DNA of 48,847 nt from Girardia tigrina (Eukaryota). Within the stretch, counting starts at the first letter, position 1; each line of letters begins with the position of its first letter. Both the position numbers and the translations under genes were made by a program. This document shows positions 1 to 13,346 of the stretch, in pieces. Under the pieces are notes generated by a model, which had not been told where the DNA came from, searched no databases, and saw only the letters and a program-made list of their open reading frames with translations. The stretch lies in the NCBI GenBank assembly GCA_001938485.1, contig MQRK01170520.1, positions 53,602-102,448 on the forward strand. Reading direction: 5' to 3'.

Positions 1-175
1 AAAAAAATACATGAATTCAACACAAAATTTTATTTATTTATATTATACATACATATAGATTTTTATTTAAACACAATTAAGTCAAAAAAAAAGAAAAATC
101 TGCAATAAAAAATTCCAAATCCAAAAAAAATATTCTTTCCCAAAAGACCACATACCGGAAATTGTCATTCCTTGA

Positions 176-239
176 NNNNNNNNNNNNNNNNNNNNNNNNN
201 NNNNNNNNNNNNNNNNNNNNNNNNNNNNNNNNNNNNNNN
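176..239. other. Assembly gap
   Basis: Run of N. Confidence 0.99.
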
Positions 240-3200
240 ATTTCATTTACTTTTCTGTCGTTCGGAATCGTTGGATATACAACGTCGCTACAGTGTTGCA
301 CAATCCGCTCTGCGATCAGGGATCAGTTAAAAAAATTATCCATTTTTATATCCTATGATGCGCTGTTGATGTCTGATGAAGTAAAATTGGTTATAAATAA
401 ATCAATAAATATATTTTTATAATTATTGATTCATATTATTATTCATCATAATTTTTAGTAAATGCTTATTTTGCATTACTAAATGAGAATTGGTGTAATA
501 CTCTTTATTTAAACAAATTTAATCGAAATTAAATTCGTTAATTTTTTTTAATTTTGAGAAACTATTTAGTTTCATATATCTCAAACCGGTATAATAAAAA
601 TAAATATAGTATTAATAATTCATTTTACTTTTTTTAATTTCCTACGATTAAATTATTTCAATTTCTTTTAAAAAAACTTTTAAAATTTTAAATTTAAAAC
701 TTTAATTTTATTTCAACTATTATTTTAAAACTTTTTAAATACTTTCTAAAAATTCCTAACAATAATTATAATAAAATAAACTCTTCGGTTTTAATAATAA
801 TATTTTATTATTGATTTTCTCGAGATCTCTAGGACCAGACACCTTATTGATGGACATATCGACAAATCAATGCTCTGGTATTGGTCAGTTGCGATAATTT
901 TTTCGCTCCATTACAGAGTATAAATCACGGCACTGATCAATCGAGGCTGTTAATGAACACTATTCTGTTGTTTCTGTCGATAACGATTCAATTGCGTCAA
1001 CGGCTGTCTCCACTGTCCCATACATCGATCTCACATTATTATATCAATATTTATTTATTTAACTCAGTCAATCGCGTCGTCTTTAAATTTCTCGAAAATT
1101 TTGAATGGACCACACTCTCATTCAAAATTGAATTATTGTTTGCTTTACTTTTATAACAATAAACAGAAATAATCGATGATAATCGCCAACAACAGATAAT
1201 CAATTTATTTAAATCGATCGTAGAAATCTAGAAAGACCTATAGATAGTCAGTTGCCCTCCTTGCTATCACTACACTCACCAGTTCTGTCAAAAATTCCAC
1301 ATTGTCTATCAATCAATTGCAAAATTCCCACAAGTGACTATCGCGATAAATCAGCTCGATATTCAACAATTTCGTTTAGAATTCTGTCACAATCGATCGA
1401 TTCATTCTTCAATAATTAATCGATTTCTTAAAATGAAACTACAATACAAAAGTAGTGGTGTAATCGCTTTATTAAAACAAAATTCACAAAATATATCACA
1501 TATACAATTAATTTTTTTATATTGTTTTTGCATCATTTTTTTTCAATATTTAAAATAATTTTTAATCCAAAACTATTACTTTATTACAAACAGAAACAAA
1601 AACTATACAAACGTTTCCTAAAGTCATGAAATAACGACATTTAAAAGGACATAAAATACGAAACAAATAAAAATGTTCATTTCAGTATAATTAATTAACA
1701 AACATCCTCTATCGTTTCTTTAGCATTAAAAATGATAACAATAAAATATACTCATGTACTGTAATACACAAAAGACAGTTTGATAATTTATTCTTTTTCA
1801 GTTGGTAAATGTTATATTCATTCTGCGTTGTATTATGAATATAACTTTTTATAGTGTTTTGCTACTAATCATATTTTAATTTAATTCTGGGAAACATAAA
1901 CTTACTTAAACTTACTGAGAAACAATAGAATATTATAATTAAATTCTTTCGACTTCAAAAAAGTGAAACTGAAAATGTATTTTATTTAAATTATATTGTT
2001 TGGACTGTAAACTTAATTGTTGTTAAACTGTTGTTCATGTGAATACCAATACAAATAGTAATAGCCCCATACAAGTACAACAGAGTTCTCTTCTCCATCA
2101 CAATATGCTGGAAACAAAAATATTCTTTTCGATTGTTCTTAAGTTTAATATTATTCTGATTGATTACGACCTTTTGATTGCAACAGCCTGATTTAAAACA
2201 TATTGTATATGACATTGTGAAGTGCCACAAATTGATCGGGCATCGGATAATCAAGGACTGATATCCGGTTAACCAGTTGTCGCAAATGTTCGATTAGGAA
2301 AAAGTTATGTTATACTTCTGATATGATTTTGAGGAAATATTGTACTTTGAATTTGTTCTAGAGGGTGACCTTTATTCTTAAAAGGTGCAACTGATTCAGG
2401 AAGTTTTTTTGTAAACGTTTTAACCTATATTGATTCAACCCATTATTGATTGATTCATCCTTCATAACAATGACTCTTGTATACTCTACAAGGAAAACTT
2501 TAAAAACAGGTTGAGTAGTTTGCCAACATTAAAATTCTCTTCAATCCACTATTTACTAACTGACTCACTTTCTATCAAGACAAAAGTTCAAAATTATTGA
2601 GAAGGTAGACATTGGTGGCTTTATATTACAAATGAAAATCAAACGAAGGTTGTTAATCTGAAATTAAGTATTTGTCAATGAGAGTTTAAATAATAAAAAA
2701 ACGAGTCTTCAAGAAGTGCCGGAAACTTTAACAACAACTTAATAAAATAAACCCTTTCAGATTATTGTAGCATTTTTGTATGTTCTTTCATGTTTTCTAA
2801 TTCTTCAGCTCGTCATTTTATAAAAATGCTTTCTGAGGTCTTTGATGAAAAGGAATGAGCAATATCTGGTAATAGTTCTCGTCATAAAATAATATGCTTC
2901 ACATACCTTATACATCACAAATTGAAAAATAATCAGTTCCTCAAGTGATAGTCCAATACTGTTGATTCTTTTTATGGATACCTTTAACTTGGGTCCATTA
3001 ACATGGATAATTTTATTGTCGTTTTCATGGTATTTGTGCAAAGTATTTAGAGATGCTTGCATTTTTCTGCAATTATGATTTTTATTATAATTATTGTATT
3101 TAACTTTATTTTTCAAATAATTTTATTTGGTAAAAGCTATTTTTATTTAGAAAAAAAGTTTCATTTAGCCATAACATTATTTTAAGCCGATGACTGTTTA

Positions 3201-5755
3201 TCAACAAAACTTTGGTTTTTGAGACCTTATTTTTTAATTATTTTAAATTTACTTTATATTTGACTCGTTTCGTTATCCTTCTTTATATGTACATATCTTT
3301 TTAAAGAATTAAAAGGTAACTAAATATTTATTTTGATATTTCTTATGTATATAAATTTATATATAATGTGTTTACATAAAAATATGAAAATTCATTGTTT
3401 TTTTTTCAATATTATAAAACTTATCGTGTATTGCAGACATTTTTCGTGATCCTTTTCTTTTTTCTTTTACGTTTTTTATGTTTAGAAGATGTTTACTAAC
3501 TTTTTATTTTAAATGAATATGTTTTAATCTAAATTGAAATTTTATAAATGCATTTAGGTTTTTGTTCAAAACATCAATCAAACTAAAACGGTTTAACATT
3601 TATACGTAACACTTAAATCTTATCAAAATGATATTAAAGTACCATCCAGAATCTTAAGGGTCTAACATTCTGTAAAGTTAATTTTAGCAAAATATTATAA
3701 ATATTTTCAAAGTACTTTTTAAGACTTTTTGGATTTTGTACTTTTTGCGATCTATTAAATTTTAAATCACAACTGAAAATTTAAAAACTATAAAAAGTAA
3801 AACAAATATGTATTTTTTATTTCAAATTGACAATTTACTATTTGACCATTATCAATTATTTTTAAGTAAAAGAATAGAAAAAAATTATTAAAAATTTTTA
3901 AGTCAAATTCAAAATTTTAAGCCATTTTTGTTTTATGAATAATTTACATGAAAACAATTATATAAAATCTGTCTGCCAGAAAATAATCATCTTCAATATC
4001 CACAAACAAGTACTAAACTCATCAAGTTTCTTATAAAAAATAGTCGACGAAAAAACATACAATATCAAATGTTGAGAATGATTTATACCTTAAGCGACCA
4101 ACTTTGAACAAACTTCTTAGAACTTATAAAAGTATGGATCAACTCTAAAAATCGTTATTACAATGTCATAGACGTATTAAAATAATGCCTCACATAAGAG
4201 TTTTTTAAAGGCTTATCTAAGTTAATAAATGTATTAACCTAAATCTCATTCTAACAAATTAATACAAAAGAAATGTCGTTACTCCGAATCGAGTAATAAC
4301 AAAATTTTATTACAAAAAATTATTATTATTAAAGAAAAGTTTTATATCAATATTTATAATAAAAATTTGGGCAAAAAGGTTTTTATATGAGATATAGAAA
4401 ATTCTGAAGTTTTTGTTTGCAACGTTGATTGTTGAGAGTATTGTTAGTGTGGAAAATAAAGCGTTTCTGAAGATTGGTTTTATGTTTTGTTTTCATACCA
4501 AATATTGCGAGTTTTTAACTAAATATTGCAATCAACTAAACCATATAAAAATTCATTATCAACTGTTGAAATTCGACTTGGAGAATTGAATGGATTCATT
4601 GATCGATTCTGATGATAATTACCAAAACAAAATTAACGGGGTGCTTGGGAAACCGACTAATCTGACTTTTGCTTCGAGTTTGGAATTGATATATTATATT
4701 GATAATAAAAAAACCAATTTGATTGTTGATTTTCAAAATGATCGATTTAGCCAAATGCAATGCATGAAATATGCGATTGATTTTAATTGTTCTACCAGAA
4801 TCTTGTTGAGGAGGTCAAAAATAAAGAGGGAACGATTTCATTCAAGTAAAGTTTTCAATGCTATTTAACCGTTGACGATGAAAGAGAAGAGGGAAGGAGT
4901 CTCGCAAAATGGGAATTATTTTCTTCAAGTAGGTCGCTCCCGATAGGGTCCGGTTTCACCCGAACCCTTTATCCGAAAACTGAAAAAAAAACAGTTGTCA
5001 TCTTCTACTATTAGATATTATTTGTAAAGAAGAAATACTACTTTGAAAAAAATTGAATATTGTCTTTAACGAAGTTTATAAAACAGAAATATTAGCACTG
5101 AGAAAGTATAACTAAAGTTATTCACTGACTAGATGATAAAAATATTTTGATATACGAATCCGGTTTCAGTTAATTATAATATTGAGACCACGATGGACAA
5201 TAATAATGCAAACACATTGCTTTTCAAGGATCCTCTTTCAAATTCCCCAGTCAAAAATGAACAATTAAGAAACCTTACCAAAATCTTAGCTGTTTTCGTT
5301 TCGATACATTTCGTATTTCCAATAGTTCCTGAGCAAAATGAATGAGAAGAATGACAAAAAGTCGTATACTAATTAAATATCATTTAAACCAGAGGTTCTC
5401 AACGTGGGCGATATCGGCCCCCCAGTGGGTGTTTTCTAATTTCAAAGGGCGCTGTGAGGGCCAGGGGCGTTAGGGAGGCGATGGAATGAAAAGAGGCGCT
5501 AAAGGGGCCATGGGAGCAAAAGTTTGGATTTAATGACCAATGATTTATTTCCTATGTCATATGATGTGGATCAGTCAGACGAGAAACTTAAAAAATAATT
5601 GTGGAACATCTTCTGTACTACATCAAACCAAATTGTAATATTTATAAATTTCTTACTGTTTTTAAAAACATTGGCTTCAATTTTCCTATTTCCTTGTTCG
5701 ATGGTTTATAAAAAATTAGAATTTTGAAAATATTATTAGCTAAATATTAATATTA

Positions 5756-5990
5756 CTAGTAAATAACCCGTCATGTATGACGGATATAATTATATAGTTA
5801 TATAATTATATAATTACAATTGTAAGTAGATAATTATATTAATAATAATTCATATGGAAAATTATCATGAATAATTCTGCTAATAATAATTTTCCATATG
5901 AATTATTATTAATATAAATATCTACTTACAATTGTAAGTAGATAATATGAGCGTTAGTGAAGCAGTGAGTGACATGGGCTTTTATAATAT
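5756..5990 (-). mobile_element. Non-autonomous Helitron nested in the hAT
   Basis: Minus-strand 3' end has hairpin CCGTCA-taca-TGACGG then CTAG|T; 5' end ATATTATAAAAGCCCATGTCACTCAC. Same family as 29883-30341. Absent from the homologous hAT arm at about 9470-9520. Confidence 0.75.
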
Positions 5991-6126
5991 TAATATTATA
6001 ATTAACTAAAATATCCATTGTTTAAATAATAATTAATTAAAATTTACTTTTTCAAATTTGTACAATTTTAAACATTTTTAAAACTGTAAGTACAGTAATT
6101 TATTTATTGATAACTTGGTAAGTATA

Positions 6127-6560
6127 CTGTGGGGGACAAATTTCAGGTTTCTTATAGAATTTTTTGCTTGAATGTTTAAAATCCGCATGTGAATATAAAA
6201 TTAGTTACTTTTACAAGGAATAAATGGCATATTAAAAGTCAGTAATAACTATTTAATCATTTTTAGTTCCAAGGTTGAGAAGAAATTTATATAATAAATA
6301 TGCGTTCATTAAATAATACATAAAAATCGAAATTTGGCGTTACCACCTTTTGCTGCAATAATGGCTTGTACCCTGTTGGGGTATTGACTCAATCTACTTT
6401 CGACAGGTATACGTAATAAAGATCTTCTCGTTACCAAGCCATAAAAACTTTCATGATGAAACAAATTTTAGTTTCTGTGCGAAGTTATTTGCTATGTGAA
6501 CAGACAATTAATTGGCAAATTCATCATTTTTAAAATTATGCAGTAATAATTGTCCTAATT
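6127..6560 (-). mobile_element. Internally deleted Tc1 derivative (same family as 22761-24150)
   Basis: TA-CTGTGGGGGACAAATT TIR-like start. Matches the transposase 3' end (AIIAAKGGNAKF) joined directly to 5'-UTR sequence seen at about 24080-24150. Confidence 0.8.
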
Positions 6561-6653
6561 TGTCATTATAATAATAATGCACAGCTAAATTTATTTATCA
6601 AAAAAGGTTGAGAACCACTGATTTAAACTAATCGTATTAAAATCTGTTATATT

Positions 6654-6655
<2 letters not shown>

Positions 6656-6712
<57 letters not shown>

Positions 6713-6762
6713 NNNNNNNNNNNNNNNNNNNNNNNNNNNNNNNNNNNNNNNNNNNNNNNNNN

Positions 6763-6800
<38 letters not shown>
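6656..6800. repeat. (TA)n microsatellite spanning an assembly gap (N 6713-6762)
   Basis: Direct reading. Confidence 0.98.
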
Positions 6801-6804
<4 letters not shown>

Positions 6805-7312
6805 TAACTTAACATTATAACTTAACATCAATGTTTGTTAAAAATAAGACATACTTTAAAAATAACCCTACGCTCACTCTACACCGAATTTTAATTTAAA
6901 TTATTTAAATTGATTTTAGTATTATCTGTTTAAATAATATTTATTACTTTAAGAATACTATGTGGTTCCTTTTTACTGTATTTTTGTGCATCTGGTGTTT
7001 CAATATTATGCTAGGGATTTTTGTAACCTTTATTTAGTAACCTTTCGATTTAAATTTTCGATTTGAGATCCTCTGGAACAGTAGTTCTCAACCTTTTTTT
7101 AATTAGCGCCTCCTTTTTTTTATAAATTTTGAAAACTTAAATTTGCCAGCGCCCCCTTGATAGACCCCTTCCAAAGTTAGACCCCCCTCCCAAAGAAAAG
7201 TCAAACGAATCTTATTTATATTATAAACTTTAAAAATGAAAACAAAGTGATATTTACAATTTATAAAAATTTATTTTTCATTTTGTAACTTATACAGAAC
7301 TTTATCCAGCAC

Positions 7313-8780
7313 TTATTGAGAACCCTGGACCTGATGTTTTTTGGCAAGGTTATCTATATCTGAATTCAACTGAGTCAATATAAGACGAATATCTCCTCTG
7401 TTGGCAATATCCAAACGATTTCGTCTTCTGTTCAACAGATTCATTATAGTGCTAAAGCCACCCTCCACTAGATACGTCGAGGGAAATGGAAGTAATAGCA
7501 AATGCATCTTAGACCATAATCTAGGATACAGAGTTGTCATTCTTGATTGTTGCCATAAATTAATCAGTTCTCCATTGCTGAAATTTATTTGACACCAGTC
7601 ATCATTCTGGGATTCTGGCAACTTCTCCTATAGTTCAATTTCAACTTTAGAAATTTTTACCTGAAAAGGATAAGTCATCTATGATTCAATCTTCATTGCA
7701 ATAATATCATGAAACCGAATTTCCATATCTTTCTTTAATTGGAGCAAATGAATACTATTGCGTTCAACCTCTTTTGGCAATAATTCCTTTATTAAAGAAG
7801 CAAGCTCAGGAAAATTGTAGAATTTAATCAATAAGTGTTATCATCTTGCCTTGAAGTTGCAAGTTCATTTCATTAAACTTTTGATATAGTCCAGACACGT
7901 AAAACACATCATTCTTGATTCTCCTCAAATCATTGCTAAAGTCAGAATTATTCTCTTCTTCAAAGAATTCCAGAATGCTGTCAAACAACTCAATAAAGTG
8001 ATATAGACAATTTCCTTTAGAAAGCCAACGTACATCAGTATGCAGCAAAAGCTTATTATGTCCTTCATCCTTTTCCTCACAAAATTGATGAAAATATCGA
8101 TCACTCTTGGGATGACTTTGGCTTTTGTTCACATTTTTTATGACTATGTTTAAGAAATCATGCAACTGTGGACTAAGATTTTTAGCAACAAGATTCCGTC
8201 TATGAATCACACAATGAATGATAAAAATGTTTTGAACTTCCTTTTTTAAATACTTTATAAAGTCGTGGTAACATCCAATCATAGATGGCGCACCATCTGT
8301 TGCACAAGTAATTATATTCATTAATGGAATATCATTTTTAATGAAAATTTTTTCACCAGATAAAATGCAGTTTCTCATTTAGTATTAAATTACTTTTGAA
8401 ATTACTACTTGTAAAGCAGGAATGATTATCTTTTTCTCCAACAGTACGTAATGTTTCAGTACTAGCAATAATTTGTGCAATACTATATGAAGCACTCAAA
8501 CCATCATATACTTTTCAACTTTTTCTTTTAAACATTGAAGAAATCGTTGATTGTTTATGAAATTTCTCATAAAGCCTTTTTAAATATTCAATTGACTTCT
8601 CTTTATCAGCATGTATAGTCTGCAAATGTCTTTTAGTCGATTAGGTTTCATTGCTTCATTGGAAAATAATTTTTGACACAGAAAGGACATTGGTTTCAGT
8701 TTGTCAATTGATGACTCAATAAAACCAAATTCCAAATAACTGACTGAATATTGACAGGTTTTCTTCTTATTGGATGGCAT
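7313..8780 (-). pseudogene. hAT Buster-family transposase pseudogene (frameshifted, internally deleted)
   Basis: Motifs YLEFGFI..P..LCQKLFSNEAMKP (BED finger), TDGAPSMIG, HCVIHR, LLLHTDVRWLSKG, FPSTYLVEGGFS, RNRLDI..RGDIRL. Confidence 0.92.
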
Positions 8781-8829
8781 GATTGATGATGTTCATTAGT
8801 AAACCCTACAGAATATATATATAGTATGG

Positions 8830-9202
8830 CAGCGGTGCGACAACTGGGGGACATAAATAATTTTTTTTGGGGGGTAGCCACATTCAAATATTTATTTTTG
8901 CTGAAAAACATATCCATATATTTTCATATATTCATAAATTTAAAACCACATACAATTGGAGAATTACTTTGTCTTCCTGCAGCAATAAAAATGATATCAA
9001 CTATGCATGGAAAAAAATATGATAACCATTTAAAAACAATACCATTATCAAGAAAAACCTTATTAACGTGTTAAATAAAGAAAATTATGTGTTTATTACA
9101 CTACGTTGATGATTGAAAAAATATCCATCGTTTACCAAGGGATCGCGACAATATCTTATACAATATGATGTGTCGTACATCAAATTAGTTTGCACATCGC
9201 TG
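8830..9202 (+). mobile_element. Small non-autonomous hAT carrying a Buster transposase fragment, inserted into a Tc1 TIR
   Basis: Ends CAGCGGTGCGACAA / TTTGCACATCGCTG; internal KPHTIGELLCLPAAIKMISTMHG..LKTIPLS. Flanks TAGTATGG / CGGTAGGG look like a decayed duplication of the Tc1 TIR start CAGTAGGG. Confidence 0.65.
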
Positions 9203-9420
9203 CGGTAGGGGACAAATTAATAGTCCCTCCTCTAAATTTTTAGGCTTTTATTGAAATTTTTGCTTTAATGTTGCAAATCAGCATGTGTATATAAAATTTC
9301 TTACTTTTACAAAGAAAGATATACAAAAACACAATGACAGATATTCATTTATTTATACTTCATTCATTTTGAAGCTGATAAATAAATTTATCTGACAGTG
9401 TACATTATTATAATAATGAC
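9203..9420. mobile_element. Tc1 terminal fragment (family of 22761)
   Basis: GTAGGGGACAAATTAATAGTC...TATAAAATTTCTTACTTTTACAA matches 22761-22880. Confidence 0.75.
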
Positions 9421-11589
9421 AAATGATGACAAAAAGTAAATTTTAATTAATTATTATTTAAACAATGGATATTTTAGTTAATTATAATATTAATATCTAG
9501 TTATTAATATAATAATATTTTCAAAATTCTAATTTTTTATAAACCATCGAACAAGGAAATAGGAAAATTGAAGCCAATGTTTTTAAAAACAGTAAGAAAT
9601 TTATAAATATTAAAATTTGGTTGGATGTAGTTCAGAAGATGTTCCACAATTATTTTTTTAAAGTTTCTCGTCTGTCTGATCCACATAAAATGATATAGGA
9701 AATAAATCATTGGTCATTAAATCCAAACTTTTGCTCCCATCGCCCCCTTAGCGCCTCATTTCATTCCATCGCCCCCCTAACGTCCTGGCCCTCACAGCGC
9801 CCCCTTGAAATTAGAATACGCCCCTGGGGCGGAAGGAAATTTTAAAATGATTCAAGATCAATTTAGATTCATGAAACAAAATTCCTTTGAATGATGAATT
9901 TGTCTTTCTTTATTTTTGTTATGACATCCCTTTCACTGTTATCTCAATCTTATTTTTTAATATTATTCTGTTGAATATATTACTATGAAAATTTCAAATA
10001 CAATTTTTACATTTGAACATTTATAGCTCACCAGATTGGTCAGTGGTGATCTATCAATACTCTTCTTTTTAAATAACTTATAATTTATGTTTGGTAAACA
10101 GTATAAATATTTTGCTTTTGTAACATTTAATTAGAAAAATATTACAAGCATCTCGCTTCTTCTTTAACTTAAGGAACGAAATTCCCTTTCTCTAACGATC
10201 ACCGTTTACTAGCAAGAAATTTCTTTCGCTATTACAATAAGACAAATTTTGTATTCTTCTCATTAAACTAAAGAAATTATTGTTTTTAATTATTAATTCT
10301 TCCCCACTTAATAATTTCTAATGCATTTTATTTTTAGTATTTAATTTCTGATTAGTAAATAAACCTGTACTTTCATTCCCAAAAGAAAATCCTAATTAGA
10401 TGACCTTTAAACTAAAGCACTAAAAGAGAAGGTCAAATTCAAAAAGTATGAAATTAACACAAAAGCTAAAAAAGAAACTTTTTGTTAAAGATGATTTCCT
10501 TAAAAAGAAGTACCAAAAAACGTTTTAATTTCAATCAATTATACGATTTCTTGTATTGATAAAGTCGTTACGAGATATTACTAAGAAGAATCGCAAAGGT
10601 CATCGATGATGATCAAGTAAAGGTATTTTGAGGAGAATCTCAAAGAAGAATTACTACTTCTGTTGCATATAATTTTCACAATGATTCTGAATTAGGAGTT
10701 TTTATGAGTCAAGCAATAAGATGTCATTGAAATATATACTTCATACCAGAAGATCAAAGATTGACCAAACTAGATAGATAATATGCGATCTCAAATATCA
10801 TATAACTTTCGAACAAAATGTTTTAAAATAAGTAAATCACTCTTCATGCATTTATTCCATATAAACATTTTACATAATTTGGATATAAAAATCTAAATTT
10901 TGACTTACCAGAGTTGATGTTTTTTACATAAGGAGCTCTAAAGCAACGGGAAAAATTCTTAAAGAAAGAGAAGCATTAAGTATGTACTGCTCTTACTGTA
11001 AGGGACCAACCTATGAGTTTTAAGTTTTTCATAATTTAGTGAATTAATTCTTAAGTAAATTAGTTCAATTTTCCAATAAACTCCAATCACTTTTTCCAAG
11101 GAAATAAGAAGTTAAGATATTGGCAGCCAACTAAAAAAAATACTCTTAGTATATTTAGGGCAATCTCGCAGTTAGCAGTCATTGTATTAATACCTTGAGA
11201 AATATTAAGTTGATAATAATAAATTTTATATTATATTTACATGAACTTATCATAAAAATTGTTACTGAATAAATAGTTATAAAATAATAATAATTGAAAA
11301 TTGGAGACGAATTTACATTTTAATCCTATGACAAAACTGATCTATAATCTTCGCATCAAATATTTTGAAAATTTATTCTCTGTTACAAATTCATAAAGTC
11401 GTTTAAAAAAGTGTTTCGTGAATTTAATTAAAATTTTTGTATAAATGTAATTAATTAATTATTTAGGAATGTTTCACGGATTTTCTAAAATTTTGCGTGG
11501 TTAAAGTCAACTTTTTTCAACATTAGCCTCAAAGATAAAAGAATATTAAATTTAATCTTTACAAACAGGAATTTAAAAGGAATGCTGTA

Positions 11590-12050
11590 AAAACGCAACT
11601 AACATTATGATTGTGAGGAATGTTTTGAATTATGTGTTGATATTGTGCATGTAGAATGTTGATTCGGATTGTGCCTCTCCTGCACAGATGGATGATTGAT
11701 ATTTTCTTTGATTCCTACTAATTAAAAATAATTTAATTTAATTGTCAAGTAAAAAGATTTAAAATAATTTTTGAATGTATTATTTATTTTTTAATGTAAT
11801 TTAAAATTTTAATATATTAATTTAATATGTTCTTTTTTTAAAAAATGTTTAGATTTAATTTCAACCAATTAGATTCTTTATAATTAATAATTTTTATTAA
11901 CAGATTTTCATTTATTGAAAATAATTAGTTTGAACTCAGAAAAAATATTGATCAAGAGAGATGTCAAATAGTAAATGCGCTTGTGATATTAATAAATGTT
12001 GTAAACCTTATATTGATGTTGTTAATAATGATAAAGAAAGAAAATAAAAG
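11590..12050 (+). repeat. Dispersed unclassified repeat with Cys-rich coding-like remnant (copy A)
   Basis: Aligns by eye, inverted, with 34700-35160 (e.g. TGTGAGGAATGTTTTGAATT, TGTTGATTCGGATTGT, TTCCTACTAATTAAAAATA, TTTCATTTATTGAAAA). Confidence 0.75.
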
Positions 12051-12060
12051 AAGAACATTT

Positions 12061-12350
12061 TTGAACATAATTAAATGTAAAAAACATTTTCAAATTCTAA
12101 GTAATCGATTTTAAAATTTTTTGCAGAATGATTACTGAGGCTCGGTTCATACAATAAATTGATCCGAAAATTATTATTCTAACCTTACATTCAATTTGTT
12201 TATTAAATATCTTTAAATAGAACGGTAGATTACTTAAATAAATTTCTGATGACTTAAATCACTTAAAATACATTACTTTAATGAATAAACTAATCGAAAT
12301 TTATGTCTAAAGATAGCAGGTAATCTACCGAAATTAGTAATATTAATAAA
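12061..12350 (+). mobile_element. Penelope-like 3' fragment (GIY-YIG C-terminal tail plus pLTR)
   Basis: Reads FQILSNRF*NF/RMITEARFIQ*IDPKII..LLNIFK*, like the end of the Penelope ORF at 26580-26711; followed by a hammerhead-like motif. Confidence 0.6.
12301..12345 (+). ncRNA. Degenerate minimal hammerhead ribozyme motif
   Basis: ATGT-CTAAAGA-T-AGCAG gtaat CTACC-GAAA-TTAG-TA-ATAT. Core has CUGANGA changed to CUAAAGA, and stem II has mismatches. Confidence 0.5.
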
Positions 12351-13346
12351 TAAACTTTTTTAGAATAATTTACCACATTTTTTTATTTTTATTATCTTGT
12401 TCTTCCTTGAATGTTTATGTGTGGCACTGGGGTAAAGTAGAAAGTCTGAAATGTCTTGAACATTTCCGTGTATCATCAGATATTCTTGTAAAACTTAAGA
12501 ATGGGTTTTTAAAATTCAGATTTTTACAAATTGTACAAAATATATTTATTAAACATACCACAGTCAACTCTTCAACTTTTTTAGAATCGTGGATATCATG
12601 AATTTTAGCGACACTACTGTTTTGGATTCCGTCCCATATGTATCAAAATTCCCCTGTTTTAAAATGTTTCCATGCTAAACAGCTAAACGGCAACATTTTT
12701 TTAAATAACTTCTTGTTTCCATTTAATTGCCTTTAGCAGAAAAAATGACATTTTTTTCTCGTATGTGAATACTTTTTTGAGAATTGTAGATATTATATTT
12801 TATTTTAAAATATATGTTAAACATAGTACAATGTGATATTGTTTTTGTAAATAAAAATTATTCTTTCTACTAAAAAAATTTAATCAATGTTAGTATAATA
12901 AGTAGTAATAAAAAATCTAATTCAAAAAGGATAAATATTTAATTCATTTAGTAGATTTATAAAACATAATTAATAACAAAAGGATAATTTTATTTGAAAA
13001 AAAATAAGTTTCAATATAATTGAAATATTTGATACTATATTATAGTTTCTCCTGAATTTTAATAATTAAAGATTATGAATTGGTTGTAGTTTCTTATTTT
13101 TAATGATTCACAGAACTGTCTCTCAAAATATGAATAAATGCCATTCTGTAAAACAGAAAACTCATGCTTTGAAAGAGAAGAGATTCTGTGTTTTCAATGT
13201 AACCAATGACCAAGAACCTTACTCGATCGATTAAATTTAGAATGCTCACTAATCCGGGTTTTGAAATAACAATTTTTCTATCCAATTTTGGCCTCCCATA
13301 TATTAAAATAGTATTGAGCCTAAGCTTCTTTAGAGGGCCTATAGTA

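Larger units (their letters stand above)
5390..6620. mobile_element. Non-autonomous hAT (Buster/Charlie-type) element with nested insertions
   Basis: TIRs CAGAGGTTCTCAAC / GTTGAGAACCACTG. Perfect 8-bp TSD ATTTAAAC at 5382-5389 and 6621-6628. Confidence 0.92.
7079..9832 (-). mobile_element. Decayed hAT (Buster/ZBED8-SCAND3-like) transposon
   Basis: TIR CAGTAGTTCTCAACC at 7079. Segment 9430-9830 is an inverted copy of the 5415-6050 hAT arm with its terminal ~25 bp missing. Encloses transposase remnants. That both ends belong to one element is inferred. Confidence 0.7.

Noticed and set aside
1097-1129. 11-bp perfect hairpin AATTTTGAATG..CATTCAAAATT
   Set aside because: Too short and AT-rich for a miRNA or other ncRNA call.
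6591-6815. IYIYIY ORFs (also 28150-28347) and ORFs crossing the gap at 77-422
   Set aside because: Translations of (TA)n tracts and N runs.
9840-11200. Coding-like decayed sequence (also 26880-27300, 30870-31300, 47500-48300)
   Set aside because: Probably old TE debris, but no motif is strong enough for a call.
12245-12300. CTGATGA hammerhead core at 12246
   Set aside because: No stem II followed by a properly placed GAAA; the motif at 12301-12345 fits better.
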